A stretch of 64,000 bases of DNA, taken from assembly GCF_006345805.1 (NCBI RefSeq), contig NC_043003.1, positions 75,082,001 to 75,146,000 of the forward strand, written 5' to 3'. Positions 27,408 to 40,853 of the stretch are shown here, in pieces (position 1 is the stretch's first letter; each line of letters opens with the position of its first letter). This DNA comes from Octopus sinensis (Eukaryota). The notes under the pieces were generated by a model. That model had not been told where the DNA came from and ran no database searches. It saw only the letters and a list, made by a program, of their open reading frames with translations. The translations under genes and the position numbers were made by a program.

Positions 27408-28248
27408 GTACGTGTGTATGTACTTATGTATGTTTGTATGTACGTTTATGAATATGTATGGGAGGCGTGTTTGTACACGTTTTATTCTTTTAATTGACAT
27501 CACTTGAATAGTTCTCCGTGTCATAATCATTGAAGTGTTTGAAATACAGATATGAGTTGATTCAGGTTAATATTTCTCTCGAACTGTTACAAGTCCCTGG
27601 TGTCAAGAAAGATGTATATAAAGAAAAGAAAATGTAGAACATCGACTGTCATAACAGTATGGAATATAGGGCTTTTAAGAGAGGATGGACTATTAAGAAG
27701 ATTGGCAGAGAGATACTTCACAAGGAGTTTCATTTTCGGAGTTACTTCGACCACAACAAACCCCGTTGAGCAATATCTCTGTGGTGTTTGATGGACATAT
27801 AGAAAACGAGTGTCCGTTTTAGTTTCCTATTGGGGATAAGTGGAATTATATTGTCTATTGCATGGGGGCGGGGGGCAATAGAGAATAGTATTGGACATTG
27901 TTGTATTTTTCAAAGATTAATTTGAATAATTCCAAGCATCTCTCAGAATCTCTGAATGGCATTGATAGTTACATCGTTATTAAATATACGTAGTAAATAT
28001 AAAAATGGTTGCAGTATAGTGCAATGTACATTCTTTTGCAGTAAAGAAAAAGAAAATTAGTTGAAACATTTTCCCAAACAAGACATGCTAACACATATAT
28101 ACTTCTATATTTGTCATGTACATATAAATGGTATATATGTATGTGTTTGTGAATGTATGTGTTTTGCGTTTGTGTGTGCGTGTACATTTATACATATATG
28201 TATATAAACATATATATGTGCGTGTGTGTGTTTGTATGTATGTGTACG

Positions 28249-28294
<46 letters not shown>

Positions 28295-28599
28295 CAAATA
28301 TGTACATTAATGACTGTGTATATATATATATTTATGTATACGTAAGTACATGTATGCCAGCATGCGTGTGACTGTAAAGGCGTGGGCACCTGCGCGCACG
28401 TATGTGCGTGTATATATACGTGCATGCGCACGCATATGCATTTATGAATACATCTACGGATGTGCGTGAGTATGCAAGTCTATATGTGCATGTGTATGTA
28501 TAGGTGTATGTATATATCAGTATATATATGTATCTGTGTGTGTGTGTTTATGCATAAATATTCGCACATTCCTATGTATGTGAGTGCATGCGTACGTAT

Positions 28600-29230
28600 G
28601 TCATTATACCTTCCTTTCCTCCTCTCTCATTCCTACCTATCACTAACCTATCACATACGTCTATTTATATTAATTTGCCATCCTCGTATTATTCCCTTCA
28701 CTTCAAAGTTTACTACGAAAACTACTACTCACTTTTACTCCTTACCTTCTCATCATATTTCTTCCTCCCATTTTCTCCCCTTGTTTTAAATTTGACCTTT
28801 CTCAGTTTCTTATTCATACACATCTACCCCCCCCCCCCACCATCCACAAATACGACCAATACATTCTCAAATTTTCATTCACATAAGAAAACCCTTTCGA
28901 ACGAGCAACACTGATTCCACGGCTCCATATTTGAAATGACTAAACACGAACTACTATTGGAAATTACATACCATGTACAGGAAGCTATTTTACCACTTCT
29001 ATATACAATTTTCCCTCGAATAATGGAACTGAAACTACAATATCTTTATATATCTTATTTCTACTTTCACTCACTTATTTCCCTCCATATTTCCTATCTC
29101 CTCCTTTTCCATAATAATTCGAACGCAAATATTTTCTCACACCGTCTCTGATGAAGGGATACCCATAATATCCCAGAAACAGCTGTAAGACTATTTCATT
29201 ATAAATGTTCTGAAAACTCCTCACAGCCTT
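28600..29230 (+). mobile_element. PLE-type terminal region carrying a hammerhead
   Basis: Pyrimidine-rich region ending in a hammerhead motif. The terminus is homologous to 50100-50230 on the minus strand. Confidence 0.6.
29144..29191 (+). ncRNA. Type I hammerhead ribozyme motif (family B)
   Basis: GUCU-CUGAUGA-A-GGGAUA-cccauaa-UAUCCC-A-GAAA-CAGCUG-UA-AGAC. Core intact, stem II 6 bp, palindromic stem III, GUA triplet, stem I 4 bp. Confidence 0.85.
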
Positions 29231-29295
29231 GGTTTTTTATCTCATTCTGTCTAATATGTATATATACACACATGCATATGCAAATAAATTATACG

Positions 29296-29373
<78 letters not shown>

Positions 29374-31254
29374 GCCTATGTATACACACATACATCCGCA
29401 CACATACACACACGCACAACACACACACACTCTCTATCTCTCTTTCTCTCTTTCTCTCTTTCTCTCCCTCTCTCACACACATATAAATATGTACTGATTT
29501 AAATATCGATTTGGTCTACTGAAATCCCATTTGTATATTACTTTGTCAGCTCCAAAGAAGATTATCGAAATAATGCCTACTAAGTAACTGTTGATATAAT
29601 TACTGTTCTATATAGACAGAATTGCTATACATCATTTTCGAAGTTGTCAATTTTGGGTGTCATTTTTGTGTTCCGAAAACTAACGATTATCCTGCTTACC
29701 TGGTCACATGACGTGTCACATTTAACAGCCAGTGTCCGACCTATGGTCAGTATAATCAGGAATTATATACCAATTAATGTTGACACGTCATCAGTCAGTG
29801 TAAATAATTAACGTCTTTAAAGCTTCACTGCACACGACAGCAGATAAATATTGCATAGAACTCTCTGTCAAACGTGTAATTTATACTTCTGTTGGTGATT
29901 ATCTTGTGAAGCCAACTACAACTAATATTTCAGCAAACATCTCTTCTTGCAATTATAGTCAATGTGTTACCGATTTCAACAAAAAGGATAATTATGAATG
30001 GCTTTACGTTCCATAACCATATATCTCTGCCAATTATGTTGAGTAGTTTTTTTTTTTTAGTCGTTACGTTTTATTCTTCGCCATTTATATCTCCCAAGTC
30101 GTTTACGTCACCTAACTATCTTATCAATTTTATGATTATTAGAATGAATTGTAAATTTCTCTTTACTTCTGCAGGTAATCAATAAGTAAGTTTGAAATAG
30201 AACTTTGAAAGCACAAGAAACTACTGCCGTGAAATATTGCCCTCGCTATTTCAAAGGATAAGGCGTATATATCGCTTTATTATTTTCAATATATTAGAAA
30301 CGCTATTTGCGTTTTGTGTTTCCCTATTAACGAACAGGTGACAGATTGTGAAACGTTGATAAATGTCCAATCAGAATTATATTCTGCACCTTTCTCGCCA
30401 TTTGTATATTCCTAGTTTAAATGTATTATTACAAATAAAATCCTGTCATTTAATCTTTTTCAGTTATTGTTTTTACAGCAAAGCCCTAAATGTTTAGGAA
30501 CAAACGAAGTCATGAGAAGAAGCTTTTCAGCGTTGACATGATGGATAATTTCGCTATTTTCAATGTAGTTATTAGACAATCAATTCCAAACAACAAGAGA
30601 TTTACATTTATAACACGTACATACAAGCTTTAGAAACAATGTTGGTTTATTCAGATGTGCATTAGGCGGTAATAAAGCCTAAAAGACATAATGCTGTTCA
30701 TTTCTTTAAGCGAATTATTAATAAAAATCCTCTGTAATAAAATTGTAATATCTAAATTTAAACGATATTGATTATGGTGAACCAGACGCGATATTGAATT
30801 ATCTATTAAATGCCAATACAATCAATACAAATATATAAGTTTAAAAAATATAGTTGAAGATATATGGCAAAATCCCGTTATGTGTACATAAATTACTAAC
30901 CAAATTTTACTCTGAGAAAACGGATCGAATTCCAGCATATCTTTGGAATGCTCAGCTCTGTTCTTAAGCAAATTGAATCTATGGTGTGAAATGCAATATG
31001 GCTAAGTCTTTCACTTTGCAACTTTTTGCAATGTTTTTCCTTCTAGTTAACAATAATTTAGGCAAGTACTCTCCATAGACTGCTGTTTCAAGTGGAAGTC
31101 GGGAACATGAAAGACTGTGTAAGAAAGTTAGCTGTTACATAGAGTACGACTAGATTTAATATCAACATTTATTCAGTTGCTGAAACTAAGGAAAAATCTC
31201 TAATAAAAAGAGTAAAGCTGTATAATTAACCAAACACGTTTACAGCTGAAGACT

Positions 31255-31430
31255 GAAAGAACGCTACCAAGGGATCGCGGTAAACTGCCAAGGGAGTCAC
31301 AGAAAGACTGCCAAGGGAACCAAAGAGTAGACGACCAAGGAACCCATGGGAAGTCTGTCAAGGGAGCGAAGAGAAGACTGCATGGGTGGCAAGGGTGCCA
31401 ATGGAAGACTGTCAATGGGGCAGATGTATA
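31255..31430. repeat. Degenerate minisatellite with a unit of about 23 bp
   Basis: About seven copies resembling AAGACTGCCAAGGGAGCCACAG. Confidence 0.65.
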
Positions 31431-32659
31431 GCGATATTCACGGTAAACTATAAAAATATTATCAATTCTATTAAACTATGGATCAAATAATAATGTTATC
31501 GCAAATAATAATGTTAATAATAATAATGTTAAGCTTTGCATAATAAAAGAAATTAAGACATTGCCAGTAATCGAAATACTAGCAAAGCTGCGTATTCTAA
31601 ATGGGGAAAATTATGTCAACGATAGTTGATGAGACTCATAGTTCATTCTCTTATTAACATCTTTTTGAGAAAGCATATAATCGTCCAGTTGTTTTCTGTT
31701 ATGGCTTACCCAGGGGAGTTCATGGAACCAATATTGGCCTTCGTAAATATAGTGAATGAGACTGCTGTTGGTACCCTATATTATTATCAATGTTATTTGA
31801 TCATATTATAGATGATGTGTTTAGATATAGTAAAGCTATTGTTATTTTAGGCGCTATGTGAATTCTTTCTAAACAAAGGATATCGGTAATTTTAAATCAT
31901 GTAAATGAAGATTAGCATGAAGTATTCAAAAGAAAGAACATTCTTCTGATATAGATTTGGATGAAATTGTCTGTGAACCTGTTACAAATTCGCAATGGCT
32001 TAATATCTGTTGAACGCGATTCAAAAGCATATTAGTTACCTATATGCAGTAAATACGTGAAACGCGAAATAAATTCTACAATCTCATTCTGTTGAGAGAA
32101 TTTCATTTCTAGTAAGACGCATTTATATCAATGCGCAATCATTTTTCGACAATATATAAAACTAAATGCAAACTACAAATCTGATTTTCGTATGGGTCTT
32201 TGTTATTTTGAGATTAATCAAAGGAGGAGCAATACCTGCTATATGAACCCTCTTCAACTAGATGGTGTTTATTTCTAAAATCTAAAATTTCCTGTGCGTG
32301 CAAGACTCTTTATTTCACGATGATTTAGTTCACTCAGCTGTAGAAATTGGTTGCAGTGTCACTGGTGCCAATCTGTTCGTCGGCCTTTCCTTTTCTCTGG
32401 ATAACATCGGTGGGTGTAGAGAGGAGAGGCTTGTATGCATGAGCGATTGCTAGTTTTGCATAAACTGCCTTGATAGGAGTGTAAATTTGTAGGTACAATT
32501 GCATCGTCATTCGTGAAGGAACAGGATCTTTACTCTTTTCTTTCATGTACTTACACACACAGGGCAACACAAAATCACGCATATACACGCAGGCACTCAC
32601 CCCCCCCCCCACACACACACACGTCCTCCCTACAAATATATATTTCGTTACTACCCACA

Positions 32660-32873
32660 AGGGGCTAAACACAGAGGGGGCAAAGAAGAACAGACAGACG
32701 GATTAAGTCGATTACATCCGACCCCAGTGCGTAACTGGTACTTAATTCATCGACCCCGAAAGGATGAAAGGCAAAGTCGACCTCGGCGGAATTTGAACTC
32801 AGAACGTAGCGGCGGACGAAATACGGCTACGCATTTCGCCCGGCGTGCTAACGTTTCTGCCAGCTCGCCGCCT
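32660..32873 (-). mobile_element. SINE family 2 copy
   Basis: Reverse complement reads GGCGGCGAGCTGGCAGAAACGTTAGCACGCCGGGCGAAATG...GAGTTCAAATTCCGCCGAGGTCGACTTTGCC. Confidence 0.9.
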
Positions 32874-33419
32874 CCCCACAAATATATATGATGTTTGCTC
32901 AGGTTTTGCATGTGATTGTCGTCTCTTTGTGCTTCTACATGAGCAACAATGATATGTGTACCTTTCTCTGCATGAGCCTTCAGATAACTGTTCAGTCATG
33001 TTGCTATTCTGCATGGGTTGACGAATAATTAACCAAAGGAAGTTGTAAATTACTGTGCTCTTCCAGCTGGTTACGTCTTCAGACACCGCGACAATTTCAT
33101 CACCATAGGAATTTCGACAGATCGAAGGACAAACGCGGTTACTTTAAAGAGACATCAGCACATCATTGAAATACAGTAATATGCGCTTGTACAAGACCAG
33201 TACCACAATTTGGGTCTTTCAGACTACTATCTAGCGACAATTCACTAGAGCTGGAGTATGTAAAGCTAATTCTTAGCTATTATTGTTCAGGAGTAGCAGC
33301 ACTTATCAGGTTCCCAGCAAGGAGTTAACTAGCAAATAAACACATATATAAAATCAGGGTGTGGAGTAAAAGTTAAGTACTCCTAGTTGTTGTTACACCA
33401 TACCTCAAGGGGGAAGTAT

Positions 33420-33530
33420 GGAATCTTGGGATTAGTAGCCCGCGCTCTTAACCGCTACGCCAAATGCCACTAACGCCAAGCTTTCTAGTTCAATTCCAGG
33501 CAGTGACGGGAATAATAATAATAATAATAA

Positions 33531-33569
<39 letters not shown>

Positions 33570-33572
33570 ATG

Positions 33573-33621
<49 letters not shown>

Positions 33622-33642
33622 TGATAATAATAATAATAATAA

Positions 33643-33676
<34 letters not shown>

Positions 33677-33845
33677 TAATAATAATAATAATAATAATAG
33701 TAACATCGAAAAATACATAGGAATGAGAACCCGGGTTCGAAATTTCCCCAAGACACCTGATGAACGCTCTAGAGTATATCAGCTGAAACGTCGTGTTAAC
33801 AACAAACAAGATGAGGACAAACATCCGTCAAATATAAATAATGTA
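33420..33845 (+). mobile_element. Composite SINE-like element: tRNA-derived head (5' part inverted), (AAT)n, hammerhead-bearing tail
   Basis: A box TGGCGTAGCGG lies on the minus strand (33453-33463) and B box GTTCAATTCC on the plus strand (33488-33497). The tail at 33752-33845 is homologous to 57170-57345. Confidence 0.7.
33752..33797 (+). ncRNA. Minimal type I hammerhead motif (family C), stem II decayed
   Basis: GACAC-CUGAUGA-acgcu...agcu-GAAA-CG-UC-GUGUU. Stem I is 5 bp and the ACGU palindrome replaces stem III. Confidence 0.7.
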
Positions 33846-33853
33846 TATGTGAG

Positions 33854-33884
<31 letters not shown>

Positions 33885-33899
33885 GGTTGGAAGAAGAGC

Positions 33900-34800
33900 A
33901 CATGAGTTGATGTATGTGTCTCATTTTTCATTATTCTGATTATGTTTGCCATCAATATATCGAATATGGCATTGCCCGCGATAGCTGAGTTCCAGTAGAT
34001 CAAGTATTTAGCACAGTGTGAATGGAGGATTTAGGTTTTATTGTTCACTGTTTCCAGACAAAGCTCTGTATCTTGTACTGGTAGTCCTGAATAGGGTGTT
34101 TCGGAGGGTACTATATCGTAACCCTAATGCTCTGGTAGATGGAGTTCGCTATTTGCTGGATGCTTTGCATAGTATTAGTTTCAATTTCTCTTTCGAGGGT
34201 ACTCTGTTGTGGGGGTGCCTTTACCAATATGTTGATATTATCGACATAGCGAGAGTGCATGTTCATGAATATCGACTACTGTGCCAGGTGTTCTTTAAAC
34301 ATCCTGACCCACCAAACCATAAAACATTTTGCCACATCCCCGGCGAAGCTAACCCCAATGGCCACCATGTCATCCTAAAGGTCCAGCTGTGGTAGCGGAA
34401 TTCAAAAGAGGTTTATATTTTGTTATAAAATATGCTTCATTGCTGATGCACTGACCTTAATTCGCATTGTTGCTGAATTTATAGGGGGGAGATGTCTGAA
34501 GTTGAGTTGTTCGTTAGTGGCACAAATATCGATGCACTCTATAATCCCATGTTTCTGCATTCTTGTATTTTAATTTGGGATCTATGTACCGTCATCCTCT
34601 GACGTAAACTGTTTTTAGTTTGACCAATATATTGTTCTTGACACCCTGAGCAGGTTAATACATATACTAACATTCCCCAAGTACATGTGAAGTTGTTTAT
34701 CACTGTATAAAAAGTTGACTCTGTTTGAAAGAGTATTCCGATCTCTCAATTAGGTAGACACCATACTAGTTACGTTTTCCCCATTATTTTACTTTTACCT
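33900..34800 (-). pseudogene. Penelope-like RT relic
   Basis: Minus strand gives VAIGVSFAGDVAKCFMVWW followed by SRYVDNINILVK, resembling the G.AMG and RYVDD motifs. Confidence 0.7.
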
Positions 34801-35332
34801 CTCCTCTTTTGTTCTGACACCTACTTTCTCTCTTCACTCCTACCCAAATTCTATCTTCATCGATTCCTTCTCCGTCCACACCTCACCTCCACACATCCCA
34901 CACCCACATACCCCACATCTTCACCCCCGACCCACACCCACCCTCACATCCCGCACACGCAAACCGTCAAACCACACCACACATCACTACACAACATCAC
35001 ACCAACCCGTTCACTAGCACTGCCACTTCCCAGCAACCACACCATCATCCACAAACTCACACATTATATCCCCTTGTTCCTAGATCTCATGTCTAGCTAA
35101 CTTTGTTCAGCCAGTCGCCATAATCGACCGTTAACTCTGTTTATTTCAACGTGGTCTCTTCTATTGAATTGAAGAGCGAAGCCTCGAACCGTAAAAGACT
35201 TTCTCACCTTCCCCGAGCGTCAAACTAATACACCAGTTTGCTGTTTATACATCTTCCTTCGTCTTTTGTTTTTCTGTAAATTTCAACTATATATATATAT
35301 GTGTGAGTATACCTACCTACCTACCTACACAC

Positions 35333-35497
<165 letters not shown>

Positions 35498-35498
35498 C

Positions 35499-35531
<33 letters not shown>

Positions 35532-36829
35532 ATATATATATAGATATATATATATATATATATACACACGCACACAGAAATACTACATATAAGGGGAGGG
35601 CTTGTGTACAAACATGTAAAGTCTAAATGCCTTGAGGTTGCATCTTCCCCTTAGTTTTCGAAATGTTTTAAATCAGAAGTTTACATTTTATATTTTGAGT
35701 TAAGTCATTATGTATGATAACAATTGTGTGTAAACACCGACACTGTTTACTTGTTTGGACGGAATCACCAATCGATCGAACAGTGAAATTCTCCCTTTCT
35801 GCAGCCATTGGGTTATTGAAATCCTGGTCATCTGCTGCCTGTGTCCCTATCTATATCCCCCTTCTCTACATCTTACATAAGAAGCAAAACAAGAGTGAAC
35901 AAGCGAGAGAATCTCACACTCCACATCAATCACACACATGAATCCGATCTGCACATCATACGTTCATTTTACTATAGATGGATAAAATATTTGGAATAGG
36001 CTTCGGAAGATCCTTTGTGAAAGATTATTTCAGTTTTCAATACATTCATTGCCGTGGAGATTCTAGATATTTGAAGTTTCCCGTATGCATTATGTTACTG
36101 TATATGCGTTTGCTAATCTTTGCGCCTGAATAACTTTCTTCTCTGAGAGTGATTTCTAAATATTGATTGAAACACAGCGATGTGTTATTTCTATATAGAA
36201 ATCCGATTCTATACCATAGAAACATATATAAATTACTATCTTTATATTTCATACTGCACAACAAGTATATTTAAACAGCCTTCGAATATAGCAAACCAAT
36301 GAAGCTGTTCCATGCTCCAGAAAAAATGAAATATATATTATTTTCTGATGGTTATCGACAGCATGGTGCATTGGATTGTTTACTTCACGCCCATACCGTA
36401 TTTTATAACTGAATAATGTACGAGTAGTGTTATGCGTCGTTGTATTTGAAATATAATACGATATAGCTATTCTGAAAATGTTTAACCGCAGAATTTGCAT
36501 ACTTTACATAACTCCGAACAAACCCACATGTTTCTATTCTGTGCGTTTAGCTGATGTGTTATAAATTATGGAAAATAGGGTCGACTCAAACATTAAAAGC
36601 AGTATATGATATAATTGTATCAACATTTTTCGAATATTTTAATTTATTCACCAATCTAAATTAGCAACTTCATCTACACAGAAAACTAATACTTTGTCAA
36701 AAAACCAATAATCATATAAAGAAATAGTGTTGGTCTATGTGGATTATATCTTACCGTAGATGTGAGTGTGTGGGCGTATGTGTGTGTGTGTATGCCTTCT
36801 GAATAGCAAATTATGGGTAACTCATTCGT

Positions 36830-37025
36830 CAGTGTGGTAAGAGGCTAACTTCCCATCCACAAAGTTTCGGCTTCAGTCACACCGCATGGCATATACAATG
36901 AGTCTCTTTTCCTATGACCTCGAACAAACGAAAGCCTTGTGAGTGGATGAGGTGGGCGAAAACTAAAAAAAAACGTCTTTTATATACATATATACACACA
37001 CATATATATATATGTATATATATAT

Positions 37026-37061
<36 letters not shown>

Positions 37062-37089
37062 AGTGTGTGCGTGTGTGTGTGTTTGTGAG

Positions 37090-37120
<31 letters not shown>

Positions 37121-37400
37121 ATAGTGGCGTACTTTCCTGTGTGAGTGTGTTTGTATGTGTGTGTATCTGTACATGTGTATGTGTGCGTGTTTGACCGTAT
37201 CTTTGCGTCTGCATTTGACCTCTTACCACTGCTTGACAACCAGTGTTGTTGTGTTTACGTCCTACAACTTACCGGTTCAACAGATAATAAAGGTAGACTA
37301 AGTACAAGGCTTAAATTAATAATTCACGGGGTCGATTTGTTCAACTAAAACCCTTCAAGGCATGGCTTCAGCATGGCCGCATTCAAATGACTAAATCAAG
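36830..37400 (+). mobile_element. SINE family 1 copy, diverged
   Basis: AAAGCCTTGTGAGTGGA head end, then microsatellite, then tail GCTTGACAACC...CATGGCCGCATTCAAATGACT. Confidence 0.8.
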
Positions 37401-38394
37401 TAACAGATAAAACATAAAATATATACTGTCCTTGGAACTGGGGTGCGCAAATGTTGTAGCAGAATATGTGTTCATTTAGCCTTTGTCAAAGTATCATATA
37501 TGTGTCTGGTCCGAAACCCAGTATCAACAGGTGGGTATATTTTAGTTACTATTTACGAGTTTTGTAGATGTTAACAGAATGCAAAATTAGACTATTAATA
37601 AAGATGAGGTTTTGTAGAACAGAGTGATAATCGAAAATGCTTTCTCTTTATCAATGCATTCTTTTTGTAAGTCGAAAATGAAATTCAGGATTTGAAGTTC
37701 CTATTTGAATCAACTTTTAGGTGCAAATCGTCTTTTAGAAATATGGCTAACAAGTACACAGTGACACACACACACACAACACATACATGCTCACACATAG
37801 ACACAAACGTATACGCACACATACACACACACACACACATACACACACACACACACATAAACGCATTCGTGCACACACATATATACATATACAAAGACTG
37901 AGAGAGAAAGAGGAAGATAAAGAATGAACCCGAATATGCCTGCAGAAATCCATAGGAATGACGATGCTGTGGATAAAGTTGGATGTTGATATGTTGATAT
38001 CCACGATGATTATAAGAATGACAATGTTGAAAAAGTGCGCGCGCGTGCGTGTGTGTGTGTATGCCATAATTTAGTTTTGGCATCGACATTTGCATGATTT
38101 AAAAGAGAAGCACTGGGTCACATCTTCAACTGAATAACATAAAATGCCATAACGTCATTCATACATACGTACCTAAGTTTAAACAGACATACTTACGGTT
38201 GTGTATATGTATGCATCTCTCTTTCTGTCCCTCCCCAACACATCTCTCACCTTTCTCTCCATGACACTGTATGTGAGTGTGTGTCCGTATGTGTGTTTGT
38301 GTGTGTGTGTTTGTGTGCGTTTCTGTATGTGTGTGTGCAGATATATGTATAGATGATGACAGTAATAATATTAATCATTTCTACTGGAGGCACA

Positions 38395-38583
38395 AGGTCT
38401 CAAATTTGTGGGGAAGGGACTAATCGATTACATCGACACAAGTGTTTCACTGGTAGTTGATTTACCGACCACGAAACTATGAAAGGCAAAGTCGACCTCG
38501 GCGTCATTTGAAATGAGAGCGTAGCGATGGGCGAAATACGGCTAAGTATTTCGGGCAGCTCACCATTTTGCAAGTTCACCGCC
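38395..38583 (-). mobile_element. SINE family 2 copy
   Basis: AAAGGCAAAGTCGACCTCGGCG...TTTGAA...GGGCGAAATAC.GCTAAG matches the family. Confidence 0.8.
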
Positions 38584-38589
38584 TTAACA

Positions 38590-38800
38590 ATAATATCAAG
38601 AGCACTCAGAGAGCGTAAACCTCCACCAAGGCAACACCAACGTCCTCTCAACAATTAACCGGAGATTTTAAAATGAGAATATCTGAAATAAACTCGACTG
38701 CTCTCACAAACGAGAATACTAAAAATGAACCCGGCCGCTCTCAAAATATTAAGTAAAAAAGCCAGAAAGATAAGCCAGTATCCTTGTCCGGTACCTGATC
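38590..38800 (+). mobile_element. Possible Helentron-associated (HINE-like) 5' fragment
   Basis: Begins CAAGAGCACTCAGAGAGCG.AAACCTCC.CCAAGGC, resembling AACAAG-starting molluscan HINE heads. Recalled resemblance, not verified. Confidence 0.35.
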
Positions 38801-39718
38801 TATCCCAATGGTGGTGATGCAATATGAAGGTGGGTGTGGAGATCATGTAAGTAATGATGTGTGTGTGTGTCATCTGCAGCGGGAACAGATAGTTTTCTGT
38901 ATGAAGTACCTTTTTATTCTATCCAATGACATAGTATCTTTACGACCATCAACGTCTATAGTGAAAAATTTATCTGTGCATGAAAGAAAACAGAAAGGAC
39001 CTGCACACGGTGCAGTTAACGGAGGTTTTACATCATCGTTGCGCACAAAAACGTGAGTCTATAAAGAAAAGCTTCCTTCAGGGCAGGGGTAGAAAAGAAA
39101 TATATTGAAAATTGGTAAAACTAAAAATTATATTTATTATTGTTACTGAATATGTTAGTAATGTTTAATTTCTGAACGGCTTTGCTGCCGTTTTTTATGT
39201 AGTTTGATTTATTTATCCGTCAGATTCTACTAAGATAGAGACACAAATAAGATAAATAATAGAGAAACGAAAATAAAACTTTGGAAACAAATACGCCGCC
39301 ATAATTTACGTGGAGATCGTGGGCGTACTTTCTAGGGTGTTAATCAGAAAAAATACTTGAATGTGAAAGGAAGATCTTAATACATCACGTAAAGTAAAGT
39401 AAATGGCGGTGCGACAGCATGGCCACAGCTAGTGAGCTGAATCTAGATTAATAAAAAAAAATAAAAAAATCTAGAATCCTTGTCCGTTAATGGTACATAA
39501 TCTTTGTCCGGTAACGACAAATTGGAAGTATCAGCACTCAACGTTATCATTAATTGTTCGAAATGAGGAATAGATGGGCAGCCGACGACTGATAAAGGCT
39601 CGTTCATTGTTGTCTCGTTTTCGATTTGATTCTCTGGTTGTTTGCATACTCAAGTTTGTCTTCGTATTCCATATTGTGTACGTTTTGTAACGACCTGTAC
39701 CCATATATGCGTATGTAA

Positions 39719-39750
<32 letters not shown>

Positions 39751-39791
39751 GTATATGTATATGTATGTACATATGTGTATGTATGTATGCA

Positions 39792-39832
<41 letters not shown>

Positions 39833-40787
39833 TATTTCTTTATCTATCTATATGTGTGTGTACATGTGTGTGTGTGTGTGTCTGTGTGTTGCTTATGGGG
39901 TAACCACATTGTTTCCTTCTTCCAAGTGACGTTTAAATTGTATATTTATTTAAAGCTATACCTCATATTTCAATATACTGAAAGCCATCGTTCCGCTTCA
40001 GGTACTTTTTTCCTTTACTAACGTTATTATTTTGACAAACGATATCTCTGTTTGCCAGTCAAATTTTATCACAGTGTTTCATAGAGACGGAAACAATTTA
40101 AGGTGACCTCCATGTTGGATCTGATTCGTTCTGTAGTTTATTTTTTTTAGCATTCAGTTTTCTTTTTTCTTTTCTTTTTTGTATTGACAATTTTCTTCAT
40201 CTTCTCAACACCCACTTCTTTCCTTAATCTCTTAATGGACATCATCTGTTATAATTCCATCATTTCTTCTGTATGTAGTTGTTATATTTCAGTGATCGCT
40301 ATTTTTATTTTCTATGCTATTTTACAATTACATTACCACACTATGTTTCTTGCATTTTCGCATCATTTTTTTAATGTCATGTTTAAATTTTAATTCGTTT
40401 TACGATATTTTCTTATCTCTTGCTTCTCTCACGTTTTCCTTTGCAGTTTTTCATATATTTTCTACATACATTTTCATTTGTTGTAATTTCATTTTCTTTT
40501 AAATTTCTATCATTTGTTTCTTCATGTTTTTTCGCGTGTCAGATATTTATTCGTATTTTCATTTTAATGAATTTTATAATCATTTTTTTTCGGCATGCCA
40601 ATCCATGTAGATGTTTATTGCTTTGCCCTTTTTTCCTTTCCTGCTTAAAAATTTCACTATAATTATAATTATTATTATTATCATTATTATTACCACCAAC
40701 AACAACAACATCATCATCACCATCATCATCATTTCCATCACCATCACCATTTTCTTCGTCATTACGATAATCATTATCCAACTCATC

Positions 40788-40853
<66 letters not shown>

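Noticed and set aside
35165-35200. TTGAAGAG...CTCGAACCGTA hammerhead-like remnant, with similar traces at about 3050 and 49870
   Set aside because: Two or more core substitutions and no stem I, so it is too degenerate to call.
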